A stretch of 64,000 nt of DNA from Octopus vulgaris (lineage: Eukaryota): the NCBI GenBank assembly GCA_951406725.2, contig OX597818.1, positions 3,658,001 to 3,722,000 of the forward strand, written 5' to 3'. Below, in pieces: positions 25,416 to 39,463 of this stretch. Within the stretch, counting starts at the first letter, position 1; the number at the start of each line of letters is the position of its first letter. Below the pieces are notes generated by a model that did no database searches, was not told where the DNA came from, and worked only from the letters and a program-made list of their open reading frames with translations. The position numbers were made by a program, and so were the translations under genes.

Positions 25416-25453
25416 CAGTACCGGTTTCGGTCATTTTGAGACCTTTTCAACTG
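25416..25453 (-). ncRNA. Minimal hammerhead ribozyme with a U3-A8 core pair
   Basis: cag-TTGAAAA-GGTC tcaaaat GACC-GAAACCGGTA-ctg. Confidence 0.72.
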
Positions 25454-25577
25454 TAACGATTAAATAATTAAATTTAGAAAAATTAGAAGAAAAGTTTTTT
25501 TAAAGGAATATTTCTATAGTAGTGTTCAGATATAAGTGGCATTCTGCCTTTCTCTGACTCCCTTGTTTGCACTTGTT

Positions 25578-25617
<40 letters not shown>

Positions 25618-25873
25618 CATACATACATACATACATACATACATACATACATACATACATACATACATACATACATACATACATAAACACACACATACAC
25701 ATATATACAGAAAGATAGATAGATAGACAACTATATATATAAATATTTATACATATATACAAATATATACGTATATAATATATATATGCGTATATTCATT
25801 CGTATATGTACATGCATCTATAGGTGTATATATATAATCTAGGTATGGTAGATAATTTATATACATACATACA

Positions 25874-25909
<36 letters not shown>

Positions 25910-26553
25910 TATATATCCTCCTCCCTTGCTCACGTGGCCCCCACGTGACCATCGGCCTTCTTTCTTCTAAATTGTGTTTCTTTCTTTCTCTCCGTTGTAG
26001 CTGGAACAAAGGAGACGTGTTCTTGTTTATCTCCTGTCCTAGCTTGATTTACGCGTTCGCCACCACTACCTCGTTTAGGCTTAGCAGCCCTTCCTGTTTG
26101 TTTTCACTGTCCTCTTTGTGTTACCAATTTTGAACCTCTGCAAAATCCCAAATTTTATTTAATTTGCTTTGCGGGAGCAACTGTTTTATCGAAAGCGTAT
26201 ATTGTTGTTAAATTCTCGAAATGCGAGAGGAGAGAAATAGCCAATAACTGATGACGGGTCGTTCTTTATGTTGGTTGTCTTGTTTTCCATTTGTGTCTTT
26301 CATTGTTCGAAAAATAGTTCATATTCCATGTACTCATACTTCGTATTTTTTGTTGTACACGCTTCATGACGTCCTGCATATATTCTTTTATTCTTTTATA
26401 TACGACGGGCTTCTTCCAGTTTCCGTCTACCAAATCCACTTACAAGGTTTTGGTCGACCCGAGGCTATAGTAGAAGACACTTGCCCAAGGTGTTATGCAG
26501 TGGGACTGAACACTAAGTAAGCAAGCTACTTACCACACAGCCACTCCTGTGCC

Positions 26554-26597
<44 letters not shown>

Positions 26598-26642
26598 TAT
26601 ATACATATATATATATACATATATATATACATATATATATAC

Positions 26643-26710
<68 letters not shown>

Positions 26711-26715
<5 letters not shown>

Positions 26716-27552
26716 CATCAGTATCACACCCTTCCCCCAGTGGCTAGCCACATTCAGACGGCTAATACCCCTTACGTTGTCGAGAGGTTACTGTTATATA
26801 TATATATATATATAACAATAACAAATCTCTGAACGAGATATAAACAGTAACCTCTCGACAACGTAAGGGGTATTAGCCGTCTGAATGTGGCTAGCCACTG
26901 GGGGAAGGGGGTGTTACTGATGCTTTTAGCCCCAGGCGATCAACGTCACCAGAAGGACTTTAGACACTATCTCAGTGCCCTTGTGTTATTTGCAAAGGGA
27001 GGTCATCCTCCCTCGAAGACCCGAGTACTACATACGGACTATAGTTTCAAGGTAATTGCCTCTCGTCAACGCATGGTAAGCACCGATCTTCGATGAAGGA
27101 GTCCCCTTGCAAATAATATATAACGTTTTTCACAGCAACCACTGTCACTGATGTAGAAAAACTGTCTGAAAACAATAATAAATCTCTGAACGAGATATAA
27201 ACAGTAACCGCTCGACAACGTAAGGGGTATTAGCCGTCTGAATGTGGCTAGCCACTGGGGTGGGTGGGTGGGGGGTGTTACTGATGCTTTTAGCCCCAGG
27301 CGATCAACGTCACCAGAAGGACTTTAGACACTATCTCAGTGCCCTTGTGTTATTTGCAAAGGGAGGTCATCCTCCCTCGAAGACCCGAGTACTACATACG
27401 GACGAGGGAGGATGACCTCCCTTTGCAAATAACACAAGGGCACTGAGATAGTGTCTAAAGTCCTTCTGGTGACGTTGATCACCTGGGGCTAAAAGCATCA
27501 GTAACCCCCCCCCCAGTGGCTAGCCACATTCAGATGGCTGATACCCCTTACG

Positions 27553-27555
<3 letters not shown>
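26711..27555. repeat. Composite of a ~225-bp unit in direct (26816-27040, 27172-27402) and inverted partial (26711-26797, 27403-27555) copies within (TA)n
   Basis: GGGGTATTAGCCGTCTGAATGTGGCTAGCCACTGGGG...TTTTAGCCCCAGG recurs in both orientations. Confidence 0.9.
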
Positions 27556-27596
<41 letters not shown>

Positions 27597-27600
27597 ATAC

Positions 27601-27644
<44 letters not shown>

Positions 27645-27700
27645 GTATAGACGTTAGTATGTATATATACGTATGTATGTGTATATATATATATATATAT

Positions 27701-27910
27701 CCGTAAATGTCCATGATAAAACTCCGAATTTCGGATGCCGAGGTGGAAATCCACGCCGCCATCTCTTCAGTTTCCACCTCGGCATCCGAAACTCGGAGTT
27801 TTATCATGGCCACTGAATAATTGTCACATATTACATTTACAGATAAATTCCTCTATTTACATAATATCGAAGTCTCTTTCATTCTTTTGTTGTCTTACCA
27901 TTTTTATCAA
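27701..27910. mobile_element. Fold-back solo pLTR of the 15981-17561 PLE family, with a hammerhead core at 27715-27771 (minus)
   Basis: Homologous to 17760-17915; inverted halves are joined at about 27771. Confidence 0.8.
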
Positions 27911-28197
27911 TATATATATATATATATATATATTATTCATATTATTATATGATTGAATGCCACGCATTTATCTTAATAATTCTGATGCGCACTCTATACG
28001 ATCTATACGAGAGTAGAAAAACATCCAACAGCAGCTGATGAAGGGTCGCTCTTTATGTTGTTTGCCTTGTTTTCCATTTGTGTATTTCGTTGTTCGAAAA
28101 AATAGTTCATATTCCATGTACTCGTACTTCGAATTTTTTTGTTGTACAGTTTCATGACGTCCTGTGCCCACATATGCATTCCAAGTAAGTTTTATCT

Positions 28198-28233
<36 letters not shown>

Positions 28234-28649
28234 GTATATACGTACACATGCATGTATGTATGTATGAATGTATGTATGTATGAATTATGTGTTTGTGTGT
28301 GTATACATATGTGTGGTGGTGTGTGACAGTGGTTAGTTTTTTGTGCTAATTGCTCGTAAGATTGTGGTTTTGATTCATGTTCTTTTGTAAAACAATTCAT
28401 TTCAAGTTGCCATAGTTCGCTTAACTGGCAAGTAAGTAATGAATGCTACGACTGACCGGTCTCCTGTCCAGGGGTGTGGGAACACAATACCCCACAAATT
28501 CCAGGAAACCAGCCTTGAGCCTGTGGCTCGAGAAGGGTCTTTGATTCTTTTGTTTTTGACACACACACACGCACATACACACATCTGTGTCTGTCTCTCT
28601 CTCTATTTGTCTGTTTGTCTCTCTATTTGTCTGTTTGTTTGTCTGTCTG

Positions 28650-28703
<54 letters not shown>

Positions 28704-30865
28704 AATCTATCTATCTGTCAGTCAGTCTGTCTGTCGATCTATCTCATTCTATATATACATAGCCATGCACATAAAGAGATTGTTATTTACATTATATGTA
28801 GATAGGAGTGTATGTGTGTGTGTGCATTTTTGTGTGTGCGTCTGTATATGCCCGCGAGTATTTGTGGATGTGTGCGCTCGCGCGCATGTGTGTGAATTGG
28901 TCCCCGTCGCTGAAGTTATTTATGGTTTAGAATTCTGTGCCAAACATGAGCCGCCGCAATTCCCCGAAGCCAAGTTGGGGTGGAGTTAGGCAACTTTTTA
29001 TCTCCGTATTTAGCAAGGCCACCCGAATATTAAATAACTCTGCCAGGTAGTAGTGCCCCACCCCTTACATTCCCATTACCCTTATTTCCTTCCTCGTTCT
29101 CTTATACGTTCCCAATGAGTGTGTCTAGAGAGAGAGAGAAAGACAGGAGAGAGCAGAAAGAAAGAAAGCTAGTGTGGGGGAGAGAGACAGTAGAGGGAGT
29201 ACGGAGAGAACAGTTAAGTGGGAGGAGAGAACATACACGCACGCACACCCACATGCACACACGCGCGCGCACGCACGCACACATACACAAAGACATAGAA
29301 ACATAATTACAAGCATACATTATTTATACAAACACACTTGTGCGTTTTGTGTCTATGTATATACATACATACATACACACACCCATATAGATAAATTGAT
29401 GTATATCTCCGCGCACATATATAGTTGATATGCACATACATGTAGCGTGTATGTGTGTGTATGAACATGTATGAATATTTGCAGGTGTGTGTGTGTGCGT
29501 GCGTGTGTGTGTGTGTGTATTTGTGCGTGTGTGCATCAGGCAGAAATAAGTGTGTTTAACATTTATCTATCCATCCATCCATTTATTCATCCACACACAT
29601 ATACATAGACGTACACACGCACACACACATACATATTTGCAATATACACATACGCAAACATACGCATACTCACATACATATACATACATTTACAGAGTTC
29701 TGAAAAGAAAGTGAGAGTAAAACACAGATAGGAAGAAAGAGAAGGCTGTGAAAAGAAGCGAATGGGTAGAGAGAGGGAGGTTGAATTATTTAGGAATTAA
29801 GAGGGAGAGAGGTAGGTGAAGGGAAAGGCTGAGGCCAGAGAATGAGAGACAAAGTAGGGAGTAGTGTGCGTAAAGGTTAATAAAGGAGAAGAGGAAAACA
29901 TGATAGAAAGACATGGAAAAAGGAAGACGAGCTGGAGGAATAAGGAAGAGGAAGATATTTGTGCGCGCGTGTGTGTGCGTGTATGTAAGAGATGTGTATA
30001 AGAGATATGTGTGCGTGAGTGTGTGTGAGAGAGAGAGAAAGAGAAAAAACAGAAAGATTTATGTGAAAGAGATAAAGTGATATGTGTTTGTGTGTATGAG
30101 AGGTATGTGTATAAGGGAAAGGTGTGTATGAGAGAAAGATAAAGAGATAGAGATGTATGCGAGAGGGATAGAAAGATTTGCGTGTAAGGGAGATAGTGTT
30201 GATGTGTGTATGAGAGCGGGAGGGAGGTGTGTTTGTGTGTATGAGAGAGTGAGTGAGATAGAGTGAGAGAGAGAGAGGGAGGGAGGGAGAGAGAAAGAGA
30301 AAGAAAGAGGGAAAGAGGGATGTGAGTGAAATGAAGAAAGGTGAGGTAAGAAGAGTATGCAAGCTGTCCTGTAGTTCATTTTATCCCTTCACTATTTATG
30401 GCGTTAACTGAGTGTTGGGTATCAAATTGTCGACATTGTTGTTGTTGTTGTCATGACTATAAGTGGAGAGATGGAGATTCTCAACAACAACAACAAAAAT
30501 AATAATGAAAGAAGCAGCAGACAACTTTTAATGTCTCAAGTAAACCTCATTGGTTCATCGTAAAGGTGTGGAACTATCTAACTCTTGCCCCCCCCCTCTC
30601 TCTCTTTCTGTCTCTCCCACGTTCTCTCCTCTTCTTTTTCAAATTCTCTCGCTCTGTCTCACTCCCTATACTCTTTCCTACTCTTTACCTCCTCCCTCTC
30701 CGCTAAATTCTTTATTTCACTCTCTCACTCTCTGTAGTATGGTATGGTTAGAAAGAATGTCTTTGCGTCTGTCATTGCTGTTTATGTATCTATAGCAATA
30801 TGTGTGTGTGTGCGTGCGCGCGCGTGCAAGTCTACGTATGTGTTTGTATATGTATGTGTATAAGC

Positions 30866-31378
<513 letters not shown>

Positions 31379-32421
31379 ATGTATGTATAAATCTTTGTGT
31401 GTGCGCGTATATACATACATACATACATACATACGAGTATGTTATATTCCTATTGCTGTATATATGTTTAAACGTGTGTGTAAATGACAGTTACAGAAGG
31501 TAGGACAGCAACATCTAGGTGTCAGTACTACTGGTAGTTCAGTCCACTAGTCAGTAAACGGGTACCATGTTTGACACAGTTGAGGTGGTTGAATCCTCCC
31601 AATATGCAACGCTAACATCATAACCTATTCCTTCTCACATAACCACCACCGCCGCGGCCGCCTTCTCCACCGCCACCGCCGTTATCACCGCCACCTCTGC
31701 TACAACCGCCACTGCTACCGTAGTCGCCACCGCAGTCGTCACCACTACCATCACCACCACCACCTTCGTTTCATTTATCGAAAATTATGAATCCTAGGGG
31801 ACAGGTTGGCCTATATCACGACTGGAGAGAATTCTGTGACTTATTTACATTTAGAAAAATTTAAAAAACGTCAATATGTAAATAAGTCATTTAATGATGG
31901 AATTGGAAGTGAATATAACTAAAGATACTGGTTTCAAATTTTGGCACAGTACTCAGCTAGTGCTTATTTTATCGACTCCGAAAGAATGAAGGGCAATGTC
32001 GACCCCGGCAGTATGAAGACGGACGAAGTGCCGCTAAGCATTTTGCCCGGTGTGCTTATGATTTTGAAAGGGGGAGGATAAAGGCTACCTCTGGGATTCG
32101 AACAACTAATCTTTTTCAGCTGTGACATGTTCTAACCTATATCATCAAAGTCTCCATCGGTCTCTTTTCAATCAAACTAAACCTCAAGTGAGTTGCCTGT
32201 ATAAACAGTATCGTTCGCTTTAATTTGGTCACTTTAAACTCCACCGTAATTCAAACTAGTGCTGGAAAGACATTATTTAAGAAATAAGAGGACTTGTATT
32301 TTTAACTAATTACAACGATAAAAGCTTGAATAGTTCCTGACTAGGATTCAATCGACAGGTTATCTTGTGTATGCTGTCGATCCCATAGATAGATCATAAA
32401 ACCGATACACACGTCCTAGAG

Positions 32422-32762
32422 CAGACCTTTCTGAGATTAAAGTGGCCCACACTATAGTGTGGGCCACTTTAATCTTAGAAAGTTTTTTTGAGTACCGCTT
32501 GTATACTTTATGCACTAATAGTTATATAATCAAATTACTGAATCAAGATTTTTTCATACTTTTCGTTTGTTTAAAATTATAAAATTGTAGGCTATTGCTT
32601 TATTGTCAGTTATAAATTTTAAATTTATTTTGAAACAAATGTTTTACTCAAACAATTTTATTTTGAAATTAAACATTATACTTCAAGAAAGTATCAAACG
32701 AGCCGCAAGATAAAAGTCTGCGGGCCGCATGCGACCCGCAGGCCTCGGGTTGGCCAGCCCTG
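32422..32762. mobile_element. hAT (Charlie/Buster-like) MITE
   Basis: CAG...CTG termini, subterminal CGGGCCGCATGCGACCCG, and an 8-bp TSD TCCTAGAG/TCCTAGAC. Confidence 0.7.
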
Positions 32763-33489
32763 TCCTAGACCAAGTTGGGCACCATGTCAGTCACATGAAA
32801 TTATCAACAAGATGGAATTTACATTATTTGGTCATATTTACTGTCAGCCCTTTTTACAGTCCCCTGTGAATCGTCATGTTATGTAAGATCTCAGTTGTTA
32901 GTGTGGGGGACTCTATTGGTAGTAAGTTCGATGTTGTAAAACAGTGGATGGGCAACCATCCTACATGCCACCTGCTGACAACTGCACAAAATTGACTCTA
33001 GTACTGAGCACTTGCCAAAGAAGTCACCACCGTTCATTAGCCGATGTTGTAAGAACAGTATTAAGCCACCATTTGTAATTCACCCTTCCTACTCACAATA
33101 ATGAGTTGTACATTTATATGGTATTTATACTTACAATTAAGTACATTAAATCTTTGAGACTTATATAACTTTTCCATGAGTTCTGTGCAACACCCAGTTA
33201 TGAATGTTTATTGAATCATCCAAAACATTGATCAAGCAGTCAAAACGGATAAAACAACGAACGAGTAGATCAACTTTCCATCCACCCGATGCGAGATCGA
33301 TGAAAACAAAAACTACGTTGGAATGTGTGTTTGTCTATGATAAAGTTGGAAACCGAGGTTTCAAGCGAGAGAACGCTGGGCGTTCGATGATCAATGTTTA
33401 AAGATGGAATGGGTCGGCGTTTAGTTTTTGTCGGGGAAGAAATACGGCGTGAACACTTGTAAACGTTAGGTATACGTCTTGTGAAGGAA

Positions 33490-33553
33490 ATGGAAGCGGG
33501 TAGGTTAGTGACAGTCATTACTGTTATTCCACTGGTATTCTTGGCCGACAATG
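33490..33553 (+). CDS. Candidate first coding exon (signal peptide) of an unidentified secreted or membrane host protein
   Basis: Non-repetitive island; Kozak-like GAAATGG; MEAGRLVTVITVIPLVFLADN-G followed by a perfect phase-1 donor G|GTAAGT. Confidence 0.5.
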
Positions 33554-33850
33554 GTAAGTCATTTGTAACATCATTTCTTTATTTCTCACCAAAATTCCAA
33601 ATACGAGTTATGAAGGGGGAAGCGATATGTTGAAGAAACAACTATCTTTTAACTAATTTGCAAACAGATATCAGAAATCTGTCTAGTTACTTGAAAATGA
33701 AATCTTGTATGTTTAGCTAATCCCATTAACGTATGTGCTGGACGGTTTTTCGTCAGTGTGAAAACATGAAGCTTGGATTGCGGTTGAAGAGTCGACACAT
33801 AAATTAACACTGAGATACATTGCACACACGTGTGCGTGTTTGTGTGTGTA

Positions 33851-33883
<33 letters not shown>

Positions 33884-33917
33884 ACTCGTGTGTATGCGTA
33901 TACATACATATAAATAT

Positions 33918-33955
<38 letters not shown>

Positions 33956-35325
33956 ATACACACACATGCACACACATACTCGCACACGCAAAGAATAAAC
34001 AAAGTTTCCTAATTTGGTATATTATTTTTTTACCAAAGAAAAAGAAATAAATATCCTTAAGAGATAAAATATGAAAAGAGAGAAAAATTAAAGAAAATCA
34101 TTTTGGTTTAATTCTTGTGGAATCGTTTTTAAAGAAGTGGAAGCAAAATCTATTTGAAATATCAAAAAACGGTTATTCATTAGTCATAAGAGCTGAGCTT
34201 TATTTTCTTGAAACGAGAAGTTGTGATGTACATGCCTACATTAAAGACACACGTGGTTATAACAATGAAGTTCCTAAGTAGTCGTTTGGTCCACGGTAAG
34301 AAAAAGCAGCTAAATCTCCCTCAAATTACACGCCATAGCCTTAAACTAGAACATACCGTATAGCGTAGTCCTAGTTGGATCATGTTTAAATAAAAGACAA
34401 GAAGGGCATGACGAGAATTCTGTGGTCACTGGTTTGCTTAATCCGGAATAACACAAGCCTAAACAACAACAACAACGACGACGACAGCATTAGTAGCATT
34501 AGTAGATGCTTACACTTGAGTCACCGACTCAGTTGAGTTTTAGAACCCTGTCTGTAATTATTCACTAAGTTGTTACCCGCGAGCAGACTCGGCTGTTTGA
34601 CTATTTGCCTCTCCACCAAGGTGACGCAAGGTATGAATTTAACAGTTGGTGTTGTTTAGCTCCGAGTCAGACTCGATCCAGCAGACTTGTAACTAAAGAT
34701 GTTCTAGCGGTGATCATTCTGTTATTTGCCGTGACATAGTATATCTTGAAGTACATTATATGTTCTTATTGTTGTTTAGTACCAGGTCAGACTTAAACTA
34801 GGAGAATAATAATAGTTATTATTTCTACTACAGGCACAAGGCCTGAAATGTTGGGAAAGAGGGCTAGTTCATTAAATCGACTCTAGTGCTGAGCTGGCAC
34901 TTATTTCACTGGCCCCGATAGGATGAATGGCAAAGTCGCCTCGCCAAATTTGAACTCAGAACGTAAAATCGAAGAAATGCTGCCAAGTATTTTGTTTGAC
35001 GAGTTAACGATTCTGCTGTCTAAATTATATTATTACTAGCTGACTCCGTACCGTAAAAAATGACGGCTAATTGTAGTATTTAATACATAAATATGGATGG
35101 TAAATAAAATTAATACACTTGTCAATGTTATCTAGCGGTTGTCTTCTGAGATGTGAGGTCGATCATCGTTTGAAAGAACGCTAGTTGACATATACAAACA
35201 TTCACATATTTCCCTTGCACACGCACACACATACACATATATACTCACACAGAGTTGAAACGCTGTTTCATTTTTCTTTTCAGCGTTGACTATTCACCAT
35301 CCTACTTCCATTGCACACACACACA

Positions 35326-35376
<51 letters not shown>

Positions 35377-35994
35377 CACACACACACACACACACACACA
35401 CACATTCACATACCTCCTTTTTATATATACACACATACTCACACAGAGCTGAAACGCTCCCACTGCCAGTTCACCATTACCCCTTCCTTCCTTATTCATC
35501 TATCACCCCTTTCTTTCTCATTCATATGTTGTGACGAAGAAAAGAAAGTTCTACTTCTCCTTGCGTTCCTGCCTGTTTCATCTGAGTGTTATTCTTACGT
35601 CATCGAATGTAGAAATTCGTGGAAAGAGACCCAGTTGGACCTTTGATAACAGAATTAACCGAAGCAAATACGATCGACAGTTCTGTGAAGTAAAATGTAA
35701 TAATAATAATAATAATTAATTCTTTTTTATTGGCCACAAGGGCTGACACGCATGATTTGAAACATGAAGGGACAAGACAGGACGAAAGGTTACAAAGGGT
35801 TTTGTCCGTTTTTGAAAAACATCGAGTAAAAACTTAATAACATTTAAAAACATTTAACAATGAAAAACTCCCAAAAGGGGGAGACGTTTCGAAAGGTTCC
35901 TGGTGGAAAAAACCCTACAAAAGCCAACGGGAGCCTGGTCAAAAAAGGGGTGTAGAGAGTCCCTTTTTTCTCCTTTTGTATTACTTTTTTGAAA

Positions 35995-38900
35995 TCACAG
36001 GCGAAACCTGAGAACTGGTCCATTTATACTGGCCAGTCTCGCACAATTCACCCACCTTTCATAAAACTTGCTATCGGACAGCACTTTCCTCTCTAACCTC
36101 ATCTTCCTTTTCAAGTGAAACTTGAAAAAGTTGATGAGGCCTTGACCAAAGAGGAAAGTGTCTGACTTTAGCCCTTTCAAACGAGTCCACCACACAACTT
36201 CTTTCGCCACAGCAACTAGACACAAGAAAACGGCCTCGCCATCCTTGTTAAAGGAGGTCGGCGGGGCAATCTTCACTATGGATTCGGCCGATAGTCGGAT
36301 CCGTCCTACACGTGACAGTAGCTGTTCGACATAAACCCATATTTCAGCAATACTCGGGCACTGGACGAGTGCGTGCAGAACGGTTTCGTCGTCCTGGCAA
36401 CACCTCGGGCAGGCCCGGCTGACGGCACTTCCGTGCCGGTAGAGTTTATCTCGAACAGGCAGAGCCCCTCGGTAGCACTGCCAGGCGAGCGACCTCTGGA
36501 AATTATCCATCGGCCCTGGCTCGAAAGTCCTTCCGAACAGACTGCTCAGTTCGTCGTCTTCAACGCCTAGAGTTTCCCCGAGAACGTCGTCGCATTTTTC
36601 CTCCACTAACCCTCTATAGAACGCTAGAGTGGAGCTGTAATCGATCGCATTGCCCGCCTGACGGAGGGCGGAGATAGCTTGACGGCACTCGAGGTGCCAA
36701 GTGCCCTTTCTCGGTCTACGTTTGATCCAGGTCTGCAGCTCCGTCAAAGAGACGAGCTGCGGAAAATTGCGTCTGACAAAAGACGACCACACCTGTTCAC
36801 CGTCTAGGAAGCGCTTGAGATGCCGCAGCCTTAGCGCATGTCTGCGCAACAGCAACCACGGCATTCCAAGGCCTCCGTTCAGCGGTCGTTGACAGCAGAT
36901 GGATCGCCTGACCTGTGGCACCTGACCCTTCCACAAAAAGTCGAAGAGCAGGCGTACCAGCTTGGCCAACCAGCGGTCGGGACAAGGGACGAAGGTCAAG
37001 CGGTAATAGATGACGGATGCGATGTACGCATTCGCCACCTCCGCTCGACCTTTCAGGGACAGCTTCCTCTCGGCCCATTTCTGGGTGAGACGTGCCACCC
37101 TGCTCGTCACCTCTTCCCAGTTCTTATCCACCTGGAAGTCCGGACCGAACCAGACCCCGAGCAGTTTAACGGGTCCGTCTGTCCAGCGACCTTCGACGCT
37201 GTTGGACGGCATGGGCTTGCCTTTCCAGGTGCCCAGTTGCAAGCCCACAGACTTTTCCGCGTTAATCTTTGCCCCTGTCACCGCTTCGTACTGGTTTAGT
37301 GTCTCGCCAATCAGGCCAATGTGTCTGTGGCTCGACACCACCACGGTGACGTCGTCGGCATAAGCAGACACGCTGTTTCCGCCTCCTAGATCGCGCGGGA
37401 TACCCCTCAAAGCCTCCAACTTGCGCAGTAATGGCTCGAGAGTCAAAATGTACAAGAGGGAGGAGAGAGGGCATCCTTGGCGGACAGATCGCGAGATGTC
37501 GAATGGTTCCGAAAGGTGACCGTTCACCCGTATCACCGAGCAGATGTTGCTGTATAAAGCAGCGATCCACCCGCGGAAGACTGGACCGAAGCCGGCTGCC
37601 TTGAGGACAGCTGCCAGGTACCGATGGTCGACCCTATCGAAGGCTTTACTCTGATCCAAGTTGATCAAAGCCCCACTCGCACCAGCGTCGTTACCCACCC
37701 TCTCTATGATGTAGCGCATGAGATGGAGGTTGTCGTGTATCGACCTGGTCGGCACGGCGCATGTCTGCGTCTTGCCGACCAGCTTGTCCACGACAAGCGC
37801 CAATCTCTTGGCTAGCACCTTGGCCAAAATCTTCAACTCTGCATTGAGCAGAGTGATGGGCCGGAAATTCCCTATAACGTCCCCCTTGTTTGGGTCCTTC
37901 TTCAGCAAAGCCACCACCCTTCGACAGACAAAAGCAGGAATTCTCCCGTTTTGCTGCCAGTTGCAGTAGACGTTTGCCAACAGGTCCGCAAACAAGTCTG
38001 GCATTGAAAAGTAAAGCTCGTAGGGCAGACCATCCACACCCGGCGAGATACCTCTCGTGCAACTCTTCATCGCTTCCTGTACTTCCCAGGCAGATATCGG
38101 TCCTTCGCAGCACTCTGCCTCGCTGTCCGAGAGTTGCGGCAGTCCGTCCAGGTACACACCGAAGTCTGTACCGTTGGTGTCCGTTCCACCGCTCGTCCCA
38201 AACAGTTGAGCAAAGTGCCGCTGAAGCACCGTACACATCTGCTTCGGTTGGGTAACCTCGCGCCCGTTCTGGTCCACCAAAGACCGAATGGTTGCTCTGT
38301 TGCCTCGCTTCGCCTCCGCCACGCGGGACCATCGAGCGGCTCTAGTCCCCTCCCCGCTTAGCGAACGTGCCTTAGCTCTGACAACGCAGCCTTCGTGTTT
38401 GGCGTCGAAGTGTTGGTCGAGGGCCAACCTTGCCGCCAACACGTCGGTCGCGATGCCAGTGTCAAGAGCCTCGTCTAGTTTCTTAACTAAATCCCGCTCT
38501 CTCTTCCTACGTTCAATAGCTAGAGTCTTACTATACCTAATCGACTCTACTCTAATTGCTCTCTTGAGGGCAAACCACCAGTTGTTGTTGATGATTGCCC
38601 CCGTGAGCGCCCGCTTAACTAGTAAACTAATCCGGTCTCTGTAAGCTTTGCACGCCGTTAACGACGCGTTCAGCTTCCAGTAGCCGGGTCCCTGTCTATG
38701 TAGCCTATCTAAGTCGACCGTACAGATCACTAATTTGTGGTCCGTATATTCGACTAGGTGGAATTGTGGACACCCTACGCTGTCCTTATCCGCTGGCCTA
38801 CAAAACACTCTATCTAAGTACGATCTAGACGACCCGATGCGGTTTGTCCAAGTCCACATTGGCACATTCGGGTTGTCTAGTCGAAACCTGTCGGACAGCT

Positions 38901-39424
38901 GAAAGCGGCCGAGTAGGTTGGCGAGGCTCTTGCACCCTCCCCCTCTCCTATCAGACGCTCCCCTGCCCACCCGATCGAAACGTTCGTCTAAGACAGCGTT
39001 CCAATCCCCAACTAGTACTAGAGTGCGTGACGTTCCCAGGAAAACTTCCAGACGTTTGAAATAATCCGACTGCCCTGCTCCTGTCGGAGCGTAGGCAGCC
39101 AGCAGTCTGAAAGCACCGCCGTCACTACCGTCGACGTCGAGGACCACCAACTTACCTTCCGGATCCAAGAAGACTGTCCTTATTTTCAGGTCCAGGCCCT
39201 TCCGAAACAACACCGCAGTACCACCACCGACACGGCCGACACGGAGATAGAAATATCTCGTATCCGCCGAAAAGGGCTGCGAGTTCCTGCGGGTCGGAGA
39301 GCCTGGTTTCACTGATGGCTGCTACATCCACATCATGAAACCTCAGGTCGTTTAACAGGTGACCCTGTTTCCAAGGTGACCCGAGGCCTCTCACATTCAA
39401 GCAACCGATTCTAAGATTTGCCAT
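35995..39424 (-). CDS. Tx1 ORF2 (APE endonuclease, reverse transcriptase, C-terminal zinc finger), one frameshift near 39235
   Basis: CLNVRG, SET, YAP, GDWN, SYLD, TDH (APE); GPGYWKLN; PGVDG, FRPITLLN, DQSKAFDRV, VRQGCPLS, YADD (RT); CPRC..HALVQC. Confidence 0.95.
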
Positions 39425-39463
39425 GTTTCAAAAGTTAGGGGGAAAAAAAGGAGAAAAAAGGCT

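Noticed and set aside
26711-27555. CRISPR-like repeat array
   Set aside because: Long units in mixed orientation, no regular unique spacers, no cas genes, eukaryotic context.
26210-28170. CTGATGA motifs at about 26248 and 28035 in a repeated ~150-bp unit as further hammerheads
   Set aside because: No downstream stem II plus GAAA, and no convincing permuted fold, could be built by eye; not counted.
28900-29110. Unique island as a possible enhancer or exon
   Set aside because: Only non-repetitiveness supports it; no ORF or motif evidence strong enough.
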